A stretch of DNA of 58,932 bases, counting the filler, from Catajapyx aquilonaris (Eukaryota), in the NCBI GenBank assembly GCA_000934665.2. It is 3 parts of 3 records of this genome, joined end to end, with 100 filler letters (N's around TTAATTAATTAA, not from the genome) between each part and the next. Parts side by side here need not be neighbours in the genome. Positions count along the whole stretch, not along the records: positions 19,400 to 39,604 come from JYFJ02006505.1; 2 more parts are not named here. The stretch is one strand, 5' to 3'. Both the position numbers and the translations under genes were made by a program. A model generated the notes under the pieces. It searched no databases. It saw only the letters and a list, made by a program, of their open reading frames with translations, and was not told the origin of the DNA. Below are positions 24,401 through 36,517 of the stretch, piece after piece. Each line of letters opens with the position of its first letter. Positions within the stretch are counted from its first letter, which is position 1.

Positions 24401-25380
24401 CTTGATTTTAAAATGCACCAACAAAATTGGATGTCGTTCATTTCCTCAACCGTGTCATCAACATTCCAATTTTGTAGGCTACTGGTTACAAATGCAATTA
24501 TTTTGTTAGTGCTATTGTAACAAAGTTACTCGTACTCTTTGGACTAACATAGTTTCTGTAGTGAACACAACATAGCACTTCAGTGAGAGTTAGTTATACT
24601 CCTGTAGCCAAATGTCATCATTATCTGACACCGGAAGAAGCCTGATATACAGGTATTTTACTATTTTTATAAAGAAACTCCGTACTTCTTGAGATAAGTT
24701 TAATGGAATGTTCAGGATCCTTGCGCAACATGAATGTGTCCTCCATATTATTTTAAAAGGCAATATGTAGTTGTTGAAACTGAAAACCCCGCACGCTATT
24801 TTCCAGGTCCGAAGTCTCCGAACTTAATAAATTACGTAATTACACTACTAGAGAGAGGGACATGGGTAACGTAGCTTATAATTATAAGGCCCTCATCTAC
24901 CCTTCTCGTCTCTCATTCTCCCTCTCATTTATTGCATATTGAAGCCGAAATACAATACAATGAATGCAATACAAAATAATATAAATACAATACATTACAA
25001 ATACAATGACAGGCAAGGATGTAATGACACTATACTGTCAGCAATTCGATAAATTGTTCTACATTTTCAATATGTGCCATACATACCAGGACATCCTCTG
25101 AGAAATATAACAAATTGGACGCAATTCGTCACTAGCTTAATATTTATATTATGACCATCTTGCTTTGTGTCGTAGTAGGTAAATAACTACACACAATAGT
25201 AAGGATTTTGCCACGATTTATTTTTATTTTTTTGTTCTTCAGGGAATATGCAATCCTCCGCCGCCACCTACGGGAACACCGAGAACCAGCACGCAAGGAG
25301 CCAGCGGCTTGTCAGCTATGTCCTTCACCGCACTGACGCTCATTTTCGTCGCTACTTACACCCTTGCCAATTATTATTAA
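21418..25380 (+). CDS. Cys-rich helical (DUF19-like) protein A with a GPI-signal-like tail; exons 21418-21556, 21629-21780, 23130-23265, 24098-24209 and 25243-25380; first exon uncertain
   Basis: All five exons splice GT-AG in one frame: ..FLNITIQVLQVVHDKLGSHIPQDNTTLAHFCG..KIC..YLAKISC..LSC..LCRPWAKVNTCINETITEACG..GICNPPPPPTGTPRTSTQGASGLSAMSFTALTLIFVATYTLANYY*. Exon sizes and phases match the neighbouring paralogs. Confidence 0.75.
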
Positions 25381-26428
25381 GCGACAGCAACAATAGGCAT
25401 CATTACAACTCCGAAGTTTCCAAGGACACTACTTATGCTCAATTAGCTGAAAGTGTCAATAAAATAAATGCTATATTGAAAGCGATTACATTTTTTCCCC
25501 ATACTGAACGTCACAAATGCACATTTATTTTCACAAAATACTGTATTATATACTGCCTTGCAGCAATCAACAGAGACCAGTTATATTACTTTTATTGCTC
25601 ACTATTAGGCGAGAGAAGTAAAATTATTAAATTACAGACAATAAATTCTATGGGTTCTGCTATAACTACTCCTATTAATGCCTTCTGATTCATCACATAA
25701 CATTCAGCTTTGTATTTGATTCTTTCTGGTAAGCAGTGATTCAAAGGGTGACATTTATACATCATATCGGTAAGACAATTACAGTCTCCTACGTGGGCCA
25801 GAGTAATAAACTCACAAGCTGCTCTCTATAGGCGGCTAATCCTGAAGCTTCAAGATTCCTATCCAGTTATCACTCTTTAACATGGTCTCACCACCGAGAC
25901 AAGTCAATCCCAATCTGACCTCCCAGTAACGACAGCTATCTCATTTGTTATCTTTGAAGAATATTGCTGAAGGAGAGAATATAATAATTATTGTCATTGA
26001 CGCAGGGAAGGCTTGTTGACCGCCAGAATGACAGGATATTTCCAGTAAAGATGTTCCAGTTGTGTCATTCTCATTTACTTCACTTTGCAAAAAGTTAACT
26101 TTATTGTTATGCACTTGAGAAACTCATAAAATAGCAAAATAATGAGTTTAACATATGTCGTGATTAACGACAGCAGACACCAGGCTTATGCGATAAGATA
26201 GACTGATTGGTGAAAATGGTCTGACATGATAACTGTTGTTCTGGACACAAATGGAGGCAATAAAATATGTGGCTATACATGATGAAGGCTGGTGTAATGA
26301 TACGATCGTGCGACAAGAGATTAGATAAATAAGTCTGCAATCAATAACAGTCTTACGCGATATCCAGCAAGCAATGACGCCGAATCTTTCTTTATACTCT
26401 TGGACTCCCACAACAACAAAGGGGCCAG

Positions 26429-29400
26429 ATGACGACTGCAAAAACGTATCTACTCCTAGCCCTAACGGCGGGTAAGTCTTCATTTTGCATTCTTCATGCT
26501 GCACATTGCATTCAAAATAATCGAAATGTTACAGCGTTTCACAGAGTACAAGGTCGCGACGCACAAGCTGTTGCAAGCATATAAGAAGTTGTGAAATGAA
26601 ATTGATAAATATTGAGGACGGTCATTTTATACTTCACAGCGACTTGATAAATATTTCATGTCCTTATACAGGAGTATTGTCTTCGGCCTGGGCGGATGAC
26701 GCCGAGTGCAACGACATTCTTAATGTAACGATCAAGGTTTTAACAGCAGTTGAGAAAATATCCCGATCAGGGATGCCTCTGACTGTAGAGGAACTCGAAC
26801 ATGACTGTATGTACGTATCCAAGTCATTATGAGAGTAGTAATTGTGCTGGTTAATTATTCATCGAATAGTGTCACAGACTCGCCTTTATTAACATTACCT
26901 ACCTTCTTGTTCCCACGTGAAGCCTGTACAATGTGACTGTGGGGGAAATTAGAAACGCCACGAACCCCTGCATTCCAATTTGGGTGCAGGATGCTATTGA
27001 TGGTAAGGCACGACAATAGAAGGGTTGACAATGCAAAGGTCCTAAGTACCAAAACCCTGATTTTGAGTTATGCATGTTTTTTCTTCTTCCTGCCCCATCT
27101 ACTGGCCAAATGTAGAACCTTACTGATTTTTCTGTCACTTGACTTCTACCCAACATTGACGATGGGATGGGCGGATGGCACATAGGATACCTTGACACTC
27201 ATAACACAAATCCGGATTTTTGGGCACTTAGGACCTTTGCATTGTTACCCTTTCATTATTACACTATTTTCGATTATTTTAGTAAATATTATTTTTAGCA
27301 TAGTTGCGACAAAATTCCTCTGTGAACATTGCTGATGACTATCTAAATTATAATCAAAATTCACACTTCTATGAGAACAAAAAATGTTTCCACAGAATGT
27401 CTCTACTTCACATGACATCAGTCACATCATGTGAAATAGAGATATTATGTGGAAACATTTGTACTCATTTAAGCTTACATCTTTTGCCATAATCCCTATA
27501 CTGATGGATATGGTGCGTGTTCCAAATAAGTTACTTTTAAGGGAAGCAAAACATTAAATTCTATACCGAATGGAATTTGTCAGCCACTCTAGCCAGAGGA
27601 CCCAACCTGAAAAACGTGACCTAATTTGGGGGCCAATGGTCGTTATTACTAGTGTCCAACTGTCCAAGCTCTGAAATTTTAGGACAGGATGCTGTTTGTA
27701 CACAACCTACAAGTAACATTGGACATTTCTGATTCCCCTATAGAGAAGTGATGGTCTGAGAGTATATACATAGTTTTATTCCAAAATTGTACTAAGTACT
27801 GCAGACAATGCAGTATAGGGAAGCAAACCTCAGTATGAATCATTAGGCCTACTTGACAGCATGTAATATTTTCTTTCCCTTTGCAGGAGTTTTCTACGAT
27901 TTTGTCACCCCCTACGAGGAGCAAATTTGCTTTAATGAAACATTTCGGAACGACTGTAAGTATGCCCGTAACATTCCAATGCGTCATTCCATGTGCCATT
28001 ATTACAAGAATTATTATCCATTCAGTGTATCTGGACAATGCTGAATGCCTGAAGAAAAACTTAAAGCATGTCCTGCCCTGCGCTGAGCAGCTAGCCAAGG
28101 AAACGTTACCGATGCTCGCACATTTTGACATTACTGAAGCCCGTGAGCTATGCTGGTCAGTGTTGGAAAATTAGTTTTCTACTGGATAAAAATCATGCAA
28201 AAAAATTGCTTGTTTTACCCTCCAGTCCTTTGACTGAAACCGGAAGATGCATCCTGAAACTAACAGAAGATTGTGGTTCAAGCGCAGTCGAATTCCTCAT
28301 GAAAACTTATGACGTGCTGGGAGGTGAAGTTATTGACGTAAGGCGACCTAACATTATTTTGATGTCCTTTAAAATGCAGTTATGCCAAAGTAACTGCTTG
28401 CAAAGCATGCAGTTTAGTTCCCAAAAATCGCCAACCAAATGATAGAATTTCAGTTGGAACAACCTGTATGTTATGTGTACATACGTCAACTGCGATTTTG
28501 CTTGAATTATAGGATAATACCAGGTCCATTTTTTCCCGTTCAGTTTATTTGCCGAGGGATGAACTGCAAAAATTGGCCGACTACCCTTGGCCCATCTACA
28601 ACACCCACAACTACTCGGCCTACGACCGTGACAGGGAAACCATCGACGAAACCTGCCAAAGACATGCAAAGTTCAGCACAATCGACCCGTGATATCAAGA
28701 AAAGGTCACCTTTTGTGGACGTATCCGTTTTCGATGGTAGACATTTACAGTGATTTTTGTGCACGAGTGTCCCAAGTAAATATTCTCTCTGTGCTTTTTC
28801 TCAGAGTTAGATGACGAGTCTTTTATGGCGGATGATGACGATGATGGATGTGAAAGCTACTTAAACGCAACGATCGAAGTTTTGACACTAGTGGATAAAA
28901 ATTTTGGCCCGCACATCCCCTTGAACTCCTCTGAGCTGGATCACGACTGCACGTATGATATCGAACGTGCTATACACAGTCATGTGTTTCAGATATTTTA
29001 CAGAACAATAATTATTTCTTTACATGGCATAAGTGAGGCGAATTTTGGAATGCCAGATATTTAATGTGCCAGATTCACTGTGTTTTCTGGTGTAAATCAT
29101 GGAGATGATAATTATTATTATGTTAATAAAATGTATGTAGGCCTACAGTACAGCACAAGTATACATGCCGACATTTCTCTTTGCAGGGCGTTCTTTCCTA
29201 CACTCAAGAAAATAGTCGGCATTGCAGCTCCATGCCTCCCATCGCCCTATTCGACTATTGTGCCATTCGTGTACGAGAAGGCTCTACAGCCTTTCCATGA
29301 CGGCATTTGCAACCCAGCATCAGACATGCAAAATAGTGAGAATTCCTCAGTCGCCAAGTCGCACTCTTAAGCGAGGGTATAGCTAAACGTGCCTCTTTCA

Positions 29401-30446
29401 GACTACCTAAGTTCAGCCCAATGTTTCTACAACAATTGGCCCCACGCCTTCCCTTGCGCTGCGCAAATGGCCGTAGAGATAATTCCTTCGCACCCAACCC
29501 CATTCATTCCATCAACCATTCAAGGAACACCTTTCGACTTTTTCTGCTGGTGAGTGTCACTTAAAATAATAATAATAATAATTCACTCTCAAATTTTTCT
29601 AAATTCCTTCCATTTTTTTCTCGTTGTTGTGTTCAATCCTTACTACACGACACAGTCCCTTGGCCCAGTTCCACTACTGTCTTGACCTGGAGGTCAATAA
29701 AACCTGCGGTTCCAATGCCGTTGCGTTCATCAATGAAGCTGCCGATACACTTGGAAATATTTTCACACTAGTATGTACCGTATTTCACCCTTCCCTAAAC
29801 ATGCATTGCCGGCTTTTAGTTGTTTCAGACTCAAGTTCAGACTTCTGCTTCTCACAATAATAATATTATTCATTGGTCTTTTACTGAATATTTCAAACAT
29901 AATTTCACTGTGAATATTTACTGACGTATTGCCTGACACCAAAGGCCACGTTTAAGGTCCTTTTATCGGTGTTTTCAATGTAGTTTGAGACAGGAACCAC
30001 CGTCCGTCTCTAACGAGATGGCGTTGACTCCCTGGTGTTGATACGTAATGTATACGTTCACTGACTGCTGTTGCCGGTCTTTAAAAGTGTACATAAGTTA
30101 TATAAGGCGTATTGTAGATGTTGGGAGGATGACTATTTTGCAGAATGAGTATTCCAACATAATAAATACAAGCTCGTATTTAAAATTATGCCAGATTTCC
30201 CCATGCCACTTGTTGGTAATAAATATGACAATATTTTGACTTTTTTAGTTAAATATTTGCACCGGAAACTGCAGTGATTGGCTCACAACGACTCCTACGA
30301 CAGCAAACCCGACATCTCCCTATCAATCGACCACAGAAGATGGACCAGGTGGAAGCAATTCCCTGCATGTAACATCCTACGCCTTGCTCATCACGATCGC
30401 CATATTCGCTTCATATCCACTTGTTACCTGCAACCCCATCATTTAA
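26429..30446 (+). CDS. Two-domain Cys-rich (DUF19-like) protein B with a GPI-signal-like tail, 507 aa, 12 exons
   Basis: Exons 26429-26471, 26672-26810, 26923-27002, 27887-27955, 28026-28155, 28226-28337, 28544-28736, 28805-28952, 29187-29335, 29402-29549, 29656-29770 and 30249-30446 total 1524 nt in one open frame. Layout: signal MTTAKTYLLLALTAGVLSSAWA, two 12-Cys domains, a Thr/Pro linker with RDIKKR, a Thr-rich stalk and the tail GGSNSLHVTSYALLITIAIFASYPLV. Confidence 0.8.
27020..27252. mobile_element. MITE in an intron of gene B
   Basis: Inverted termini AAGGGTTGACAATGCAAAGGTCCTAAGT and ACTTAGGACCTTTGCATTGTTACCCTT. Confidence 0.7.
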
Positions 30447-33400
30447 AACAAAGTCCGTCAATGCAAAATGCAGAAGAATCCCTGGATTTAATTCACACCG
30501 CAGGAGAGTAAAATACTAGCAGGATATGGCTTGTATATTATAAAGAATAAGCAATTACATTAAGTGATTTGTGTACTGACATATGGGTATTATTCCACTA
30601 ATGTTCGATGGTTAAAATATTGGCGTAATTGGGCAACTTTAACTGAGTTTTCATTTGGAAAGAAGGCTCTTGGAACCTTCTCTGTCCTGGTTGGGCACAT
30701 CATGTGACATGTCAATTTTCTCATTAAATTGCCATATTTTAATAGTCAAATTTTGAGCTACATTAAATTCAGAATGTGTGTGTCACATATCGTCACCAAT
30801 ATGCAACATCGCTGAGGCTAAAAAGTCCCAAAATTAGGCCAAGAAGTAGGGTCCATTGCACCATCAGGTGAGAAGATCCTGACTGCCGATGGCTGTGCAG
30901 CCGGTGTTCACAGTGTTCCTGCATCATGCAATATGAAAGTAATGGGAATGAAGTCTAATGAAGATTTTACTGTAACTTTTTGCAGATGATATTAGTAGTT
31001 ACGTTTGCTTGGTCAAGAAGTTGCGTTGTGAGTAATGTAGGAAAGCAATAATTTTAGGGCAGGTTTTAAGGAGCAAATTAGGGAAAATCTCAGATTAAGT
31101 ACATATTCACAATACGTTATCTGCTCTTAAGATGAACTGTCATTGTTCACATAGTCTTTTTGAATGACATAATGCTTTAGAAGTCTGTGAATGTGGCTCA
31201 CCAAGGTCATCTACCCATTACCACATTAACTGCTCAGGTTTGTTCTAAGCTGAAATGGTCTGTAGAATAAGAGATTATAACATCTGGTGCCTCATCCAGT
31301 TCATCATAAATTACATTATTTTCATAATTAATTTTGTGACATTAGGATGATCTTGGTGACCCAAAGTCACACAATCATACATACAATAGAATCTCACCTG
31401 ATTCTGTTTCTTCACTAATTCGGCCAATGTAATCATATCATTCCGCACAGAGATGTCCTGTTCGTATCTGGAACTGATCTGCAGACATTCCGCAAAAATT
31501 TCCTGAGCCCTAATAAGTAGACGGGAAGTTCAGGAACTGTCAGAAGTTTAAATATTATATAGTTAGTATCACTATTAAGGTACTTTCCTGCAAATATGAT
31601 TCCGCTTTTCAAAATAGTCTTCATCAGTGGAAGCCTTTTGAATGGCGATGTCGCGTTCCTCGACACAAGACCGAAAATTGAACGCGGCGGGTGCCACCAC
31701 ATCTATAAAATATGTAATTCTGTAACAGAACTTTTAGAAACACCCGCATGTGGTAATTTCCTTTAACTTGGGCAAATAATGTCAACCACATCACCAATCA
31801 TTCAACTGTGAGTTATTCTACCGTAATAAAATAAAAGTAAAGTACTGCCATCGTATAACTAACCCGCAAAAATCAAAAGCAGCCATGGGAACTTCATCGT
31901 CGACCCTGTCACAAAAAAGCGTCGATCATCACAACTGTCACCACCCTAAAATAATTTGCTGCTCATGAAACAGAAACCGGAAATGCCTGCAATCAACTGG
32001 CACCGGAAACAGATACAACCTCCGAATAATATTCTATATCTACACCAGAAGCACAACCATGAATAAACTGTATCTCCCATGCATATAGGTGGTACAAAAT
32101 TTAGGCAATTTGAAATAGGATAATCATCATTGCAAAATCGTACTTTTTAAAAGCATAATTAGTAAGTATTCATTTGGAGCGCATTTAAAGCCTATCGATA
32201 CCTCCATTAGTGTAATGGTGAGACCCGCCATCTCCCGCGCAGGTGTTCAACTCTCTCTCTATAGAAACGGCGTCTGTATATGTAAGTAGTTCCGTGGCCC
32301 TAGTGACCTATATTGAGGGCGTCGATGGCGTCTGGTGACGTCACGGCGCGCGGCGACGCCCTTGTATTGAGTGGAGAGAGGTGAGCATGCAAGAGAGAAG
32401 AGGAGGACCAAGCAGCTGCCTACAACTACTACTGGGCCTCTGCCAACCCAGTCCTCTGATGCTGTTGCTGCTTCCACAATGAGTCCCAAGAAGCAACAGC
32501 CCACCCTTCCCCCCTTCAGACGAGCCACAGGTGAGACCCAAATCCCCCTGTCCACAAATCCATATTTGACACTTGTTAGTCCGATACTCGCACGCTCATT
32601 GCCGCTTTCCATTGTCGAGAGAGGCACGCAGAAATGGCCCGTTTAGCACCTCATTACGCTACGGCCAGATCAGATTTTGCCACGAACGCAAAAATTATAA
32701 ACATTCAATAAATATTGTAACTGGTGTCATCAAGGACAGTGTCAGGAATCCCTCGAGATATTATCTACAAAACGATAATAAATGCTGGATGGCCCCCTAA
32801 GTGCAGTTATCAGTGAGTGCAATTATAAACACCCAGGACCATTGACGCAATTTGATCTATTTGCCGCACGTATCATTTTGCCAACGTCACCACGCGATGT
32901 GAATTATCTCCAGATCCTGTTGAATCACTCTCACATTCAAGACTTGCGTGTACTTGTACACTACAATTAGTCAGACACATAGACGTTGCTAGAAGCAACA
33001 CGCGCTCTATAATAATTATGAAACACTTAATAACTATGTGTATGAGTGCACCTGTTTGGGGTCATTCATGCTCCACCTAGATGTCACTGAAAACCATTTG
33101 CTGTGAATTTAGCAACAGTTCCAGACAACAACTATTAATGGCATACAAATGTATGCATGACGCCTGTTCATTACAAATTACAAGCTACAATATTCATACA
33201 ATGATTTAATTTATAGACCATCTGCAGCTATGCAAGTTCTTCTGGTTCATATTAAACTAGGCCTACTTGTACAAAGCACAAGGTCAGTTTTAACATTATA
33301 ATTACTGTAACGTCACCAGCCTAATGTCTATGTCATAAAATTATTACAGTAATTACAGCATTATTCAGTTAGTTCAGCAGTTCCCCATGTCAACAATAAA

Positions 33401-33678
33401 TAAATTCAGCAATGAACTACTGCGACGAAATTTCAATAACTTTTGCGGTATAGGTTGACATACAATATTATTGCTATCTGATTACGACTCTCATGTCATG
33501 TTAAGCTGTCATCTTAATGATAACTGTAAATGGAGGGTACACTCGGAGAGTAATGTGCATGGTATTTGGATATACCCTATACTCTATACACAAATAAATC
33601 CGATGCATTGTTGAATAAAACGAATGTTTCCTCCGTGCAGATGACATGATGTCTGAGTAAAAGATTGAAATCGGCGGG

Positions 33679-34930
33679 ATGTCGTTGACGGTGATGGTCC
33701 TGCTCCTTCCGATGTGGGTGACATCGACGGAGGCTGGGGTGACGGGAGACGACCCTTCCTCCACCTCCACCTCCACCACCCAACCCCCAAAAAGTTGCCA
33801 GCAGTCCGACTTGGCCCGGTTCGACTCAGAAATGGATAACCTTCGAGGAGCCGGGGAATCCAGTCTGCCAGTCACCCTGGCGCTCTTGGAGAGACGCTGT
33901 CTGTAAGTGCCGTGTATCCTGTATACATACAGGGTGCTCCTTTCATTTAAAAAAGATTTATTCGGCATCGTTAGGCCGTGTCTAGAATTTTGGCAGAGGC
34001 AAAGACAATACGCCCTGCATTTGGCAAGAAGTCTTAAAAAGGGGATTGCACAATAGACAATGTGAAGAATATTAAATGATGCACAAAAAAGTATGTTTTA
34101 TTCGAGGCAGAAGAAGGCTCCATGTTAGAGACATTGGAGATGACAATCGTCTCATACATTACATACTCCCCATTATCTGTAGAGAAAATAATTAAATGGC
34201 GTCTCGTTGCAGAGAGATGAGAAATTTGTCAGTAGTAGCAGACAGCATCCTTAGACGTTGCACTGCGGCTGACCTGGGGTTAGAGGTCAGGAAGGTCATA
34301 GAGCAAGTCGGCTCGGGTGTCAGAGAATCCATTCAAAAGCTGTGTGACCCCGATTTCGTGGAAAGTGAGTACATACACAAACCTGAAGTGGAGCTTATAA
34401 ATATATAAATGAATGTCTAAACCGAATAATTTGTACAATTATGTCAGAAATGAGATTGCAAACAACTTGCCTGGAGAACCATCTGGAGAGACTGGAGAAC
34501 TGCAACCGGCACATAAGGAATGTCAGCCTGCATCAGAACATGACCCTGAAAAAGCAACTCAGGAACGTGTGTTGGTACGTTCTTGATGTAGCTGGCCTAA
34601 TAATGCGATTCTTTGCATAACTAATTTTTGTAACATCTTGTCGTTGCAGCGCGTTCAAAGCAACAACGCTGTGCTTGCGATCCGAAGGAAACAAAAACTG
34701 CAACCGGTTGGCTGCCCAGGTTATGACCGAGCTTGGTGACAGAGCAACCAGCAGAATCCAACCAGTAAGTCATTACCCAACAAAATCTGATTACCAAATA
34801 TTTAAAAAATATTATTCCGCAGCAATGTAAAAACATGGACCTAGTGTGTAAATCTACGGTCATATCCGGTCCTCCTGGAATCCTGTGGCTCTCATGGATC
34901 GTCTGCACTACTGCAAGAGCCTGGACTTAA
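33679..34930 (+). CDS. Cys-rich (DUF19-like) secreted or GPI-anchored protein C, 241 aa; exons 33679-33902, 34213-34364, 34448-34574, 34650-34764 and 34823-34930
   Basis: 726 nt in frame: signal MSLTVMVLLLPMWVTSTEA, then a 12-Cys domain (..LPVTLALLERRC..KLC..TTC..VCC..TLC..NC..QC..VC) with the same intron phases (2,1,2,0) as genes A and B, then a hydrophobic tail. Confidence 0.8.
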
Positions 34931-35047
34931 TCCCTGCGACCAAACAAAGTCCGGATTCGCATTTATAAATATAACCACACTGCTTTAAGAGAATGAAGAC
35001 CAGGAGTCCATCCTCATTATTTTGCATTTTTCTGTTTTGAGCAAAAT

Positions 35048-35084
<37 letters not shown>

Positions 35085-35085
35085 N

Positions 35086-35121
<36 letters not shown>
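35048..35121. repeat. Poly(T) tract
   Basis: About 74 T with one N; the length is probably unreliable. Confidence 0.9.
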
Positions 35122-35123
<2 letters not shown>

Positions 35124-36517
35124 GAGAAACGGGCTCATATTACTTGGTTGTTGTATATAGTGAGAATAACTCAACAAGGCATATATTCCATATAGCAGTA
35201 GCTTCCAAAAAACTGCAGTGTATTGATGCGCTGAATGTTGTTGCAATAATATTGACTACACCACAGAGTACAGTGGTTGTTCAAGTGTAATGTTTGCTTG
35301 TTTGGAAGCAAGGTAGGCCCAGTTGCATGAGCTGATATTAAAAGGGAAAAATCTCATTGCAGATATTCGCTTTATCGTCTCGGTTGATGCAACAGACCTT
35401 TAGTGTTTCGTCAAACAATGTGATTAAACTAACAAATTATCACAAGGCACTAATTTATGCTGGTTGGTTGCCTCACACGTCTTAATTGAATTTGTTGTTC
35501 CATTAGCACCATAACAGCAGGCGTAATATTATGCGCATTTATTGTCCATAGGCGTGTAAAAATCAGCATAAGTACGGTAAACAATATTATTTCGTGCATT
35601 GCCACTGAAGGCTGATTGTTTCTACTGGCACAGTTTTTGATCCGCACGAGTAACTTCGAAAAGGTTCAAAGTTTTCAAACTTCTTTTGGACCTCAATTTG
35701 AATTGTGTTTTGGGACTTGTTCCAAAATTGGGATGTCGCTGCAGTTTGGGCCAGTAGAAATGTGTCTTGTTGTAATAATGCAAATGTGTTGTCGATATAA
35801 CCCTCCCTATAATATAGTGCAGAATTATTCCAAAAAACGCTTTTTTTGTGTTTTGCTCTTCTCGATCTCAAATGGAAAGGTGCTACCGTACTATGCAATC
35901 ACTTTTTCGAAATGTTATATACTGTCCAGTAGAAATAGAGCACAATCAATTTTCGTGGGTTTTAAAATTGTTAAATATATTTATTTTCACTCAAAGTATT
36001 TTGTAAAAAAAACAATGTTACTCTGATCTGTATAGGGAATACAGATTCTATAGTTTAAACCGTAGCTCACAGCTCGGACGTTAAAAATGTCAAAATGTTA
36101 CAATCACATGAATTTCATTCAGATTTTTTTTTCATTGCAAAAAACACAATCGGTTTGTACTTCCATAAAATGAATTGTCCTACATATTCTTTTTCATTGT
36201 CGTTACCGTCTCATCAAAATAAAGACTTCTGATTTGCACAAACACATCGCATGTTGCAGTTCTATTCATTTTGCCTATTCACCTTCATGTCAGCTTGATA
36301 ACAACTTTAGATCATTATCTGAGTGTACAATGTTTACACATAAGTGGCTAGAACTTGCATAACTTTCATGCGCTTATTTCATGCGCCTATTACCAAGTTT
36401 CTTTACTATGCAGTAGTCTTACATGGCTGCAAAATAATATTATTTCTGCATTAAGTTAGGCGTCGAAATCAGTAGGCTACAAATAGTAAATAATGGGGTA
36501 ACATTAAAGAACAAGCT

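Noticed and set aside
30600..32100. Coding-like minus-strand sequence, including ORF 31433-31702
   Set aside because: Many stops, no consistent splice model and no motif I can name with confidence; probably a decayed transposon.
32371..32646. ORF upstream of gene C with a donor near 32530
   Set aside because: Splicing to the acceptor at ~33640 meets a stop before ATG 33679; more likely a 5' UTR exon.
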